Assembly: GCA_025463785.1 (NCBI GenBank)
Contig: JAODBD010000003.1
Span: forward strand, 525,287-589,286
From: Glaciihabitans sp.
GTDB taxonomy: Bacteria > Actinomycetota > Actinomycetes > Actinomycetales > Microbacteriaceae
Direction: 5' to 3'
DNA length: 64,000 nt
Both the position numbers and the translations under genes were made by a program. The notes beneath the pieces were generated by a model, which did no database searches, was not told where the DNA came from, and worked only from the letters and a program-made list of their open reading frames with translations. This document shows positions 16,179 to 24,528 of this stretch, in pieces (position 1 is the stretch's first letter; the number at the start of each line of letters is the position of its first letter).

Positions 16179-17030
16179 CTACAGCGCGTAGTCGACGACG
16201 ACCGGTGTGTGGTCGCTGAAGCGCTCCTCGTAGGTCTCGGCCTTGTCGACCGCGTAGTTCGTCACGGTCGCCGCCAGCGCGGGGGTTGCGAGCTGATAGT
16301 CGATGCGCCAGCCGGTATCGTTCGCGAAGGCCTGCCCACGCCAGGACCACCAGGTGTAGGGGCCGTCTACCTCGCCCGCCCACCGGCGGCCGACATCCAC
16401 CCAGCCGAGGCCAGCGCCAGCGTTGTAGGCGGGGTCGTCTTCGGCGCCGACAAAACGATCCCAGTAGGCGCGCTCGTCGGGCAGGAAGCCCGCGGACTTC
16501 TGGTTGCCGCGCCAGTTGCGGATGTCGAGCTTGCGATGCCCGACGTTCAGGTCGCCCAGAATCACGGCGTACTTGCTGTGCTGTTCGAGCTCGGGCATGC
16601 GAGCTTCCATCGCGTCAAGAAACGTGTACTTCTCGACCTGTTTCGGAGTATCGGCCTCGCCCGAATGAACATAAGTGGACACAACCGTGACGATGTCGTC
16701 GCCAACCTCGTAGTCGGCCTCGAGCCAGCGGCCCGCCGAGTCGAACTCTTCGGCCCCGAGCGTCACGCGATGGATCGTCGCCCCACGGTGTTTGGACGAG
16801 CCGGCCCGTGAAGCAATCGCGACGCCCGCGCGACCCTTCGCAGTCGCGGCGTCGTGCAGGATGTCCCAGTCGGGCCCGAGCAGGCCTTCAAGATCTGCCG
16901 TGGATGCTCGCACCTCCTGAATGGCAAGGATGTCGACATCCCGAGAATCCAGCCACTTCGCCATGCCGCGGCGGTAGGCGGCGCGCACGCCATTGGTGTT
17001 AATGGTCGCGATGCGGAGGGGTTGGGCCAT
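16179..17030 (-). CDS. xthA: exodeoxyribonuclease III
   Basis: LRIATINTNGVRA..., DILAIQEVR and a C-terminal SDHTPVVVDY. The internal ATG at 17030 was chosen as start. Confidence 0.9.
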   Translation of the reverse strand: MAQPLRIATINTNGVRAAYRRGMAKWLDSRDVDILAIQEVRASTADLEGLLGPDWDILHDAATAKGRAGVAIASRAGSSKHRGATIHRVTLGAEEFDSAGRWLEADYEVGDDIVTVVSTYVHSGEADTPKQVEKYTFLDAMEARMPELEQHSKYAVILGDLNVGHRKLDIRNWRGNQKSAGFLPDERAYWDRFVGAEDDPAYNAGAGLGWVDVGRRWAGEVDGPYTWWSWRGQAFANDTGWRIDYQLATPALAATVTNYAVDKAETYEERFSDHTPVVVDYAL

Positions 17031-17040
17031 GGAAAAAAGT

Positions 17041-17994
17041 CTAGTGACGGGCACCGACTTCGGAGCCCGGCATCCCGCTCACGGGTACGTGGCGGTCATC
17101 GACGGCGACCCTGATCCAGGATGCCGAAATCAGGATCACCTGGCAGACGAAGTTGAAGAAAATGAGCAGCCCGAGGATGACTGCGAACGAGGCGAGCAGC
17201 GGATTGCTCTTCGACACGCCGAGCAGGCTCCCGCCCAGCACTTTCAACGCTCCAAGGCCGAGCGCCCCGGCCAGGACGCCGCCGCGCAGTCGCTTCCACG
17301 GGATCTCGACGCCCGACAGCACGCGGAACAGCGCACCGAGGATCGTCGCATCGAGCGCGAACATGACGGCGAGCGTGACGATGCGCCCCGCTATTGCCCC
17401 GAGCACCGAGTTCGACGAGACTCCGATGAGCGGCAGCAGCGCTGTCGTCCCAGCCGAACCGGCCACCGAGAGGGCCGCCGAGACGATCAGCAGGATCCCG
17501 AATCCGACCGCGACCCCGAGGTCTTTGAGCTTCAGCATGACGAAGTTGGTCTTCGGCTGCGGCAGCCCAAAAATGATGCGGATGGCCGCCCGCGCCGACG
17601 CGAGCCAGCCGAGCGCCGTGACCAGGACGCCGACCAGGGCGATCGCCCCGGTCCAGGAGAAGACCCCGGCGTTGAGGAGTACCTTCGGATCGATCGCGCC
17701 CGAGGATGAACCAGGCTGCTTGATCAGTCCCGGAATGCTGTTCGAGAGCGCATCGATGATGGGCTGCTGGAGCTGGTGGTTGCCGGCGACGACCAGTCCG
17801 GCAATCGAAAACCCCACCCAGACGCCAGCGAACACGGCGAAAATGGCCTGGTAGGCGAGGCCGCTGGCGAGAATCGGCCCCTGCACGGCGCCGTAGTTGA
17901 GAAACACGCGCACGGCAAACAGTTTTTGCACCCGAACGACCAGAACGCCGAACTTTCCTGACTTTCTCGGGTGCCTGATTTCATCCTGCGTCAC
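17041..17994 (-). CDS. YihY/BrkB family membrane protein
   Basis: 317 aa polytopic protein with the N-terminal pattern NYGAVQGPILASGLAYQAIFAVFAG typical of the YihY family. Confidence 0.8.
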   Translation of the reverse strand: MTQDEIRHPRKSGKFGVLVVRVQKLFAVRVFLNYGAVQGPILASGLAYQAIFAVFAGVWVGFSIAGLVVAGNHQLQQPIIDALSNSIPGLIKQPGSSSGAIDPKVLLNAGVFSWTGAIALVGVLVTALGWLASARAAIRIIFGLPQPKTNFVMLKLKDLGVAVGFGILLIVSAALSVAGSAGTTALLPLIGVSSNSVLGAIAGRIVTLAVMFALDATILGALFRVLSGVEIPWKRLRGGVLAGALGLGALKVLGGSLLGVSKSNPLLASFAVILGLLIFFNFVCQVILISASWIRVAVDDRHVPVSGMPGSEVGARH

Positions 17995-18180
17995 CGTTCC
18001 ACCCTAGGGCGCCCATTCGCGGCCCCGGATGGGGTTGCGCGCGTCGGAGAATTGCCCCATAAGTGGGGGCAGGCGGTGGAGTCTGTGAGTATCTTTCGCT
18101 GTTACCTTCGGAGAACCTGTGCTGCATCCGAGCGCCCGGTAAGTGTGCGGCACGTTCTGCCGCTGTAGTCGAGGTATGCC

Positions 18181-21100
18181 ATGTCAGCGATCAGTACCCG
18201 CCGCGCGACGTTCCCGAAGCGGAATCTCACGAAATACCTCGGACTCGCCACCGCTGTCATTCTGGGCGTCGGACTCCTGAACGGCCTCGCGGTTTCAGCT
18301 GCGCAAGCCACCCCAACGGCGTCGCTGGTGGTTCGCCTGCTATCGCCAACGGGCAAGGTGGTAAAGGATGGCGATGTCGTCGCGTTCCCTATGACCAATG
18401 GCAGCTATGACGCTTCGCGACCCATCGTCGACCTCCCGCCTGTCGCACACCACCCCGGCACTTACGCAGCAGATGGTTTTGTGGCGGGAGACACCGAGAC
18501 GCTGGTCCTGTTTGGTTCTCCCTCGTCCTCTTTGGCGGCTCAGTTCCTCGGTGGCGGCCAGGACCCGGACTCGGCAACTATCCTCACCCTGACGGCCGGC
18601 GCGAATTCCCTCGACGCGTCATTCGCGCCGTCCGGAACAATTAGTGGAACCGTCAAGAATGCCAAGGGCAAGGCCATCGCAAATGTCTGCGTCGAGCCCT
18701 ACCAGTTCGATGGCAAGAATTGGAATTCCATCGGCGGGTCCTTCTTTGGTTGCGGCGCTTGGACGAACTCGAAGGGCAAGTACAGCTTCAACCCTGGCAG
18801 CGCTGGCAGCTACAAGCTCGAGTTCTTCGACCAGACCGGAAAATATCTGCCACAGTTCTCGAACGGGGCGGCGGACGTTGCGGATGCGACATCCATCTAC
18901 CTGAATGACGGAAAGTCGGCGACAGTAAACACCATCCTGTCGCTTGGCGGCAGGATCAGCGGCAAGCTGGTCGCCCCCGGCGGCGTGCCGCTTGACCTCC
19001 AGGTCGACGCGTACCAGCTGACCGGAAATCCGACTGACGGCTTCACCGCGTCGTCGCGGGTCGGCATCTACACGGAGTCGAACAGCCACGGGTCCTTCAC
19101 ACTCACCGGTCTTCCCACCGGATATTACGCACTCGGCTACGAGGACCCGTTCGACGGCTCGGGCGCCGGATTTATCGGCGGCGACCACCCGACGGATGCG
19201 ACGCCGTTCCTCGTGACCGCGCCGGCGACCACGGCTATCGGCACGACGACGATCGGCGCTGCCGCGACCGTGACCGGAACGCTCGGCGTAACGCTGACGG
19301 GCCCAAGTGGTGTACCGCTGCAAAACGAAGATGGTTCTGTCTGGCTCACCACGTCGGATGGTGCCGACTACTATCCGGCCAGTTCGACCGGCAACGTCTA
19401 CCACTTCACGCAACTCCCAGCCGGTGACTACCATCTTGTCGCTGACATCGTGGGAGACTTCGGCCCGCTATTCGAGCCAGTCGTGCAGGCCATCACCACC
19501 CATGCGACCAACGAAACCCGGAGCCTACAGGTCGGCACCTATGCGCCGGTCGCTTTCACCTCGGATGCCTCGCTCTCGACACTCTCTCCGATCGCGGGCA
19601 GCCAGCTCAGCGTTGACCCGGGCACCGTTAGCAAGACGGCCCCCAATTCGACAACCGGTTACCAGTGGTTCCGGACGGTGAACGGTGTTCGGCTGCCGAT
19701 CCGCGGCGCGAAGTCGGCTACGTACACGCCGACCACGGGCGATGTTGGCGACATCCTGAGCGTGCGGGTTACCCAGATCTACGAGCTCGATGCAGACCGG
19801 GAATACATCAGCCAGGAGGAGACCGATCAGCTGGTCGCCGCGTCGGATGCCGTCGCCAACGGCCCGCAGATCACGTCATCTGGCCAGCCACAGTTGACCA
19901 CCGAGGGAGCCGCGCGTGTGGGCTCACCGATCGGCGTCGACCCTGGCAACTGGAGTGTCGCCGGGGCACACTACGCGTACGAGTGGTTCCGCGGGACCGA
20001 CCCCATCATCGGCCAGACGGGCTCGACCTATACGCCGGTGCCAAGCGATCTCGGCGACTCGATCTCCGTTCAGGTCACCGCATCCAAGGTCGGATTCGTG
20101 ACGTCGGATGCCGCCGCGAGCGGCCCGGTCACGATCGGCAAAGGCATCCTGACCGCAATCACGTTGCCCAGGGTCATGGTGACGAAGTCGCACGGCATCC
20201 GCCACTTTGCGGTGACCTCGGGCACCTGGTCTGCCCCAGATTCCACTGTCAGCTACCAGTGGAATCTCGACGGAAGTCTTGCCGGCACTGGCAAGACCTT
20301 CACCTACTCCGGGAAGTCGGCTGCGGTGACTGCCGTAGTGACGGCGGCGAGCGATGGTTACGCGGACAGCTGGCAAACGGTAATTGCAGCGAAGGGCGTC
20401 TTCGCTGCCGGTGCGAACTGCAGCCTGCAAACTCAGTCGCCCCTGCTCTTCCAGGTGAACCTGAGCGTCGGTGTACTCTGCCAGAGCCTCAACCTCCCGA
20501 GCGGGAGCGGAGAGATTGTTGTGGCGACGAATTGGCAGCGCCTCGTGTACGGCAAGTGGGTCACGATCTCGCACTCGAAGTCCGGCGCATACACGACCAT
20601 CGCCGCCGACATGGGCAGAACCATTCGAATCGGGATGGGCGTCCACTCCGACTACTACACGTCGCCTGTCAACTACGAAGAGACGACCTTCACCGGACGG
20701 ACGGATCTGCAGGGCAACGCAACGGCGACCATCTCGCCGTCGCAGGTCGCGCTCGGGGATGTTGCATCCGTATACGTGACCGGCCTGCCCGTACCCGGAA
20801 TCACCCACAGCTACCAGTGGCAGTACCAGCACAACGGCGGAGCATGGACCACGATTTCAGGCGCGACAAAGTCGAGCCTGAGCGTGAAGTCGCCGGTATC
20901 GACTGGCGACCAGCTGCGCGTTGAGGTCACGAGCATCGCGCCGGGGTTCATCTCCGCGACGATTGACAGCTCAGCGGTTTCGGTGGTCGTCAAGACCGTC
21001 ACGAACCTGACGCCACCGACTGTCTCGCCGGATGGCGTCCCCGCGGGTGGTACGGCCACGGCCAAGCCGGGAACCTGGAACGCGAAGAGCCTTACCTTCA

Positions 21101-22410
21101 CCTACCAGTGGCAGCTCGATGGCACCGACATCCCGAGTGCGACGGCCATGACCCTCATCACCGACCTGTCGCAGGTTGGTCATCAGCTGACGGTCACCGT
21201 CGTCGGCCACAGGTCTGGCTACCTGGACTCAGACGCGGTTACCTCGGCGCCGGTCGACGTGCTCGCAGCCATCCAGCCGCCGCTGACCCCGGCCGGTGCC
21301 TCGCTCACGGGCGTCAAGTACCTGTCGACTGCGACGACACCGGACCCCAACACGGCGTTCGGCTTCCCGTCGACGTTCCACTCCTTCGCAACCACCTACA
21401 AGTGGACGTTGTCGGGCAAGACTCTCGCTGGAATCACGGGGCCAACCTACGTGCCGAAGTCGAGTGACATCGGCAAGTCGTTGAGCGTCACGATGTCGTA
21501 CAGCTCGGCGTTCTACCAGTCGGGGAGCGAAACTTCGCCGAAGTACACCGTGCAGAAGGCCGACCCGGTGCAACTCGATGCCCAACTCGAGCCGTCCAGC
21601 GGGTCGTATGCGCCAGGAACCGTTCTGACGGCGTTCACTGATTCGACGAGCGGTTCACCGGTCACCGTGCAGTGGCAGTCCTCGCTCGATGAGTCGACCT
21701 GGACCAACATCTCGCACGCGACGAAATCGACGTACACGCTCGCTCCCGCGGATGCCGGCAAGTGGATTCGCGCGGTTGTCACCTCCCACACGAAGAACCA
21801 CCTGGACTCCATCGTCACCACCGGTGACGTCTCGGTTGACTACCTCGGTGCCCTGACGGCCCTTTCGGCGCCGACCATCTCAGCACCGCAGGTTGGCGTG
21901 GCTACGACGATCAACAGTGGTTTGTGGTCCGCAGGCGGCGTGACGGTTGCATACCAGTGGATGCTGGACGGCCAGGCGATCCCGGGCGCAAGCTCGGCGA
22001 CCTTCACGCCGACCGGCACCCTGGTTACCCAGGACCTCTCGGTTGAGATCAGTGCGAGCAAGGTGGGTTGGTCCGGGCATCCCGTGGTCGAATCCAATAC
22101 CGATGCAATCGCGTTTGGCGCCGTCCTGACCGTGGTGACCAAGCCAGTTATCACGGGAAGCGCAAAGACCTGCTCGACGCTGACGGTCACCCCGGGGAAG
22201 TGGAAGGTCGGCGGCACGGTCGTCACCTACCAGTGGTTCGCGGACGCCAACCCGATCGGTGGCGCGACGGGATCGACGCTGACGATCCCGTCGAATGCGG
22301 CTGGCGTGAAGTTCCACGTCGAATTGACGGCTAACGCTCACGGCTACTTGCAGGGCGTATACGACACGGCCAGCACGGCGGCGACTACCGCAGCGGCGAC
22401 CTGCCACTAG
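18181..22410 (+). CDS. giant secreted repeat protein 1 (carboxypeptidase-regulatory/Cna-B-like beta-sandwich modules followed by about 10 Ig-like YxW...GATxxTY...VxVT repeats)
   Basis: 1409 aa with a signal peptide ...GLAVSAAQA/TP. There is no LPXTG motif and no C-terminal TM. The repeat period is about 85-95 aa. Confidence 0.85.
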   Translation: MSAISTRRATFPKRNLTKYLGLATAVILGVGLLNGLAVSAAQATPTASLVVRLLSPTGKVVKDGDVVAFPMTNGSYDASRPIVDLPPVAHHPGTYAADGFVAGDTETLVLFGSPSSSLAAQFLGGGQDPDSATILTLTAGANSLDASFAPSGTISGTVKNAKGKAIANVCVEPYQFDGKNWNSIGGSFFGCGAWTNSKGKYSFNPGSAGSYKLEFFDQTGKYLPQFSNGAADVADATSIYLNDGKSATVNTILSLGGRISGKLVAPGGVPLDLQVDAYQLTGNPTDGFTASSRVGIYTESNSHGSFTLTGLPTGYYALGYEDPFDGSGAGFIGGDHPTDATPFLVTAPATTAIGTTTIGAAATVTGTLGVTLTGPSGVPLQNEDGSVWLTTSDGADYYPASSTGNVYHFTQLPAGDYHLVADIVGDFGPLFEPVVQAITTHATNETRSLQVGTYAPVAFTSDASLSTLSPIAGSQLSVDPGTVSKTAPNSTTGYQWFRTVNGVRLPIRGAKSATYTPTTGDVGDILSVRVTQIYELDADREYISQEETDQLVAASDAVANGPQITSSGQPQLTTEGAARVGSPIGVDPGNWSVAGAHYAYEWFRGTDPIIGQTGSTYTPVPSDLGDSISVQVTASKVGFVTSDAAASGPVTIGKGILTAITLPRVMVTKSHGIRHFAVTSGTWSAPDSTVSYQWNLDGSLAGTGKTFTYSGKSAAVTAVVTAASDGYADSWQTVIAAKGVFAAGANCSLQTQSPLLFQVNLSVGVLCQSLNLPSGSGEIVVATNWQRLVYGKWVTISHSKSGAYTTIAADMGRTIRIGMGVHSDYYTSPVNYEETTFTGRTDLQGNATATISPSQVALGDVASVYVTGLPVPGITHSYQWQYQHNGGAWTTISGATKSSLSVKSPVSTGDQLRVEVTSIAPGFISATIDSSAVSVVVKTVTNLTPPTVSPDGVPAGGTATAKPGTWNAKSLTFTYQWQLDGTDIPSATAMTLITDLSQVGHQLTVTVVGHRSGYLDSDAVTSAPVDVLAAIQPPLTPAGASLTGVKYLSTATTPDPNTAFGFPSTFHSFATTYKWTLSGKTLAGITGPTYVPKSSDIGKSLSVTMSYSSAFYQSGSETSPKYTVQKADPVQLDAQLEPSSGSYAPGTVLTAFTDSTSGSPVTVQWQSSLDESTWTNISHATKSTYTLAPADAGKWIRAVVTSHTKNHLDSIVTTGDVSVDYLGALTALSAPTISAPQVGVATTINSGLWSAGGVTVAYQWMLDGQAIPGASSATFTPTGTLVTQDLSVEISASKVGWSGHPVVESNTDAIAFGAVLTVVTKPVITGSAKTCSTLTVTPGKWKVGGTVVTYQWFADANPIGGATGSTLTIPSNAAGVKFHVELTANAHGYLQGVYDTASTAATTAAATCH

Positions 22411-22462
22411 GGATTAGGGCCGGAATAGCCCGCTGAAACTGGTGCGGTTATGAGACGACCGA

Positions 22463-22520
22463 AGGTTTTTCGCGCCCCGGCGTCATAGTAGGTAGACCTG
22501 TCAGTCTCTATCAGCGAGGG
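22463..22520 (+). promoter_or_regulatory. conserved block upstream of the ECF sigma gene (AGGTTTT-N10-GCGTCATAGTAGG plus about 25 nt)
   Basis: AGGTTTT at 22463-69 and GCGTCATAGTAGG at 22480-92. The same bipartite motif with identical spacing recurs at 24184-24213. Confidence 0.5.
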
Positions 22521-22583
22521 ATGCCACTAGGCAAACCCCACCCCACGCGGGACAATATAGAGGCCCGAGAATGGATCAGGGGG

Positions 22584-24185
22584 ATGAGCGAAGCTGACGA
22601 GAGCCTAACCAGCTCAGACGAAACACTCATTGCGAATGCCCGGTCGGGGGACCAGGGCGCATTCGCGGAGTTGTGGCGTCGTCATTATCGCTCGGGGGCG
22701 CGTGTCGCCCGCCAGTTCACGTCGTCCATAGATGCCGACGACCTCGTTTCTGAGGCCTACACGCGCATCTATCAGCGTGTTCTGGCGGGCGGCGGCCCTT
22801 CCGGAGCATTCAGGCCATACCTCTATACGACCATCCGCAATCTGGCTTCGAGCTGGGGTGCGGCTTCCCGTGACGTACAGGTGGATGACATTCAGGATTT
22901 CGAAGACCCGACGACGATTGACGACCCCGTCGCCGTCGCCCTCGACCGCACGCTCACCGCGCGAGCGTTTCGCTCGCTGCCCGACCGCTGGCAGTCCGTC
23001 CTTTGGTACACCGAGGTTGAGGGGATGGACCCCCACGAGGTCGCTCCGCTGCTCGGGATGAGCGCGAACGGCGTTGCTGCGCTGAGCTATCGTGCCCGGG
23101 AAGGGCTGCGCAAAGCCTGGCTTCAGGCGCACGTGTCCGAGCCCGGGACCTCGGAGTTCTGCAGGTGGACGATGTCGCGTCTCGGCGAGGCGGCCCGCCA
23201 CAGCCTCACCACGCGCGAGCAGGAGAGGATCGACGAGCATCTCCAAACCTGCGCGAAATGCGCGATCGTCAGCGAGGAGGTCGAAGAAGTCGGATCGCAC
23301 CTGGCGATGATTCTGCTGCCGATCATCCTCGGTGGCGTTGCGGGTGGAGTGTTGCTGTCGACGTTGGGTCACGCCGGCGCTGCCGTCGCAGCGAGCGCAG
23401 CAATCCCTTCGGTGCCCGCCTCCTTCGCGGTTCTCTCGGCGCCTGCAGCATTCGCTCCAGCCGTCGGATCCGGACTGGCCATGGGCGCGGCGAGCGGTGT
23501 CAGCGCCCTCGTCGGCACCCTTGCGGTTGTCGCCACCATCGGCGGCAGCATCGCGATTGGGCTTGCGCCGTCGCAGGGTGCGCAGGATGCCGGGCAGACG
23601 ACCTCGGCATCCGCTCCGCACACCAACTCACCCTCGAACGGCACGTCCTCGGCGGGCCACAGCGGCTCCGGTCTGACGCCCATCGGTACTGCGTTGGGCG
23701 CGCTGTCCACCCCATCGGCTACCGACCCCTCGAATCTTGGCGGCACCGCTGGCGTTGGTGGACTGGCTGGCGGCCTGACGAACACTGTCGGCAGCGTCGC
23801 GGGCGGGCTCGGCAATGACGTCAGCAAGGTGGTCGGCGGTGTCAAAACGGTGATTGTTGCTCCCTTAATCGGCGCTCTCACACCGAGCGCTCCTCCGGCC
23901 GGTCACACTGCCGCGGGCGGCGCACCCGTCACAGCAAAAGTGCAACTCGCCGGTAAAGGCACGCCAGGTGCAACCGTCTCGGCGCAAGCGGGCGGGATGC
24001 TTTACGGCACTGCGAAGGTCGCATCCAACGGCAGGTGGTCACTTCTGGTGACCGCTCTTCCCGCTGGGACCGGCACTTTACAGCTGCAACAGCGACTGAG
24101 GGTGCTCGGTATCGAGCTGCCAATCAACATCCCACTGACCCTCAATACCGCCGCACTGGGGATCGTAATCCAGCTTCTTAACTAG
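22584..24185 (+). CDS. ECF sigma factor fused to a ZAS-type anti-sigma motif, one TM helix, an Ala/Gly/Ser-rich spacer and a C-terminal Ig-like domain
   Basis: Region 2 reads DLVSEAYTRIY...FRPYLYTTIRNL and region 4 reads LPDRWQSVLWYTEVEGMDPHEVAPLLGMSANGVAALSYRAREGLRKA. These are followed by C-x26-H-LQT-C-AK-C (HxxxCxxC) and the TM LAMILLPIILGGVAGGVLLSTLG. The ATG at 22584 was chosen as start; the ORF is open from 22521. Confidence 0.85.
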   Translation: MSEADESLTSSDETLIANARSGDQGAFAELWRRHYRSGARVARQFTSSIDADDLVSEAYTRIYQRVLAGGGPSGAFRPYLYTTIRNLASSWGAASRDVQVDDIQDFEDPTTIDDPVAVALDRTLTARAFRSLPDRWQSVLWYTEVEGMDPHEVAPLLGMSANGVAALSYRAREGLRKAWLQAHVSEPGTSEFCRWTMSRLGEAARHSLTTREQERIDEHLQTCAKCAIVSEEVEEVGSHLAMILLPIILGGVAGGVLLSTLGHAGAAVAASAAIPSVPASFAVLSAPAAFAPAVGSGLAMGAASGVSALVGTLAVVATIGGSIAIGLAPSQGAQDAGQTTSASAPHTNSPSNGTSSAGHSGSGLTPIGTALGALSTPSATDPSNLGGTAGVGGLAGGLTNTVGSVAGGLGNDVSKVVGGVKTVIVAPLIGALTPSAPPAGHTAAGGAPVTAKVQLAGKGTPGATVSAQAGGMLYGTAKVASNGRWSLLVTALPAGTGTLQLQQRLRVLGIELPINIPLTLNTAALGIVIQLLN

Positions 24186-24240
24186 GTTTTGGGTTCTCTC
24201 GCGTCATAGTTGGCTGTCTGCTGGGTCTCTTCTGGGGGAG
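24184..24240 (+). promoter_or_regulatory. second copy of the conserved block (AGGTTTT-N10-GCGTCATAGTTGG...)
   Basis: AGGTTTT at 24184-90 and GCGTCATAGTTGG at 24201-13. It starts inside the sigma gene's stop codon and lies about 300 nt upstream of giant gene 2. Confidence 0.5.
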
Positions 24241-24287
24241 CCCAGAACTCCCGCGCTCGCGGATAGGTGCCGCGTGCGTGCAGCAGG

Positions 24288-24319
24288 CCCCGCCGTGGCC
24301 GAGGTCGCGGCGGGGTTTC
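24288..24319 (+). terminator. GC-rich hairpin followed by TTT (terminator or attenuator)
   Basis: CCCCGCCG at 24288-95 pairs with CGGCGGGG at 24308-15 across a 12 nt loop, followed by TTTCG. Confidence 0.45.
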
Positions 24320-24528
24320 GCTGCGTGCGGGCGACTGGCTCTTCGGCAAAAAAACCCCGATTTCAACCGAATTGCCAAAATTGTTACCGTGTCCCAACTA
24401 ATCACCCCCTTTTGGGGTGCGATGAATCCTCGGGAACGCTGGTACGTTTCACATCGAGCGACTGCATACCGTGCGTTGACGTCTGGGCCGTCTTGTCGTT
24501 TTTCGCATCAAATGTTGGGTCGATCATC

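Noticed and set aside
18130-18181. A copy of the AGGTTTT-N10-GCGTCATAGT motif or a classical GGAAC-N17-CGTC ECF promoter upstream of giant gene 1.
   Set aside because: Only loose resemblances are present (GGAGAACC...CCGGTAAGT and GCTGTAGTCGAGG), with the wrong spacing. Nothing here can be called a promoter from sequence alone.
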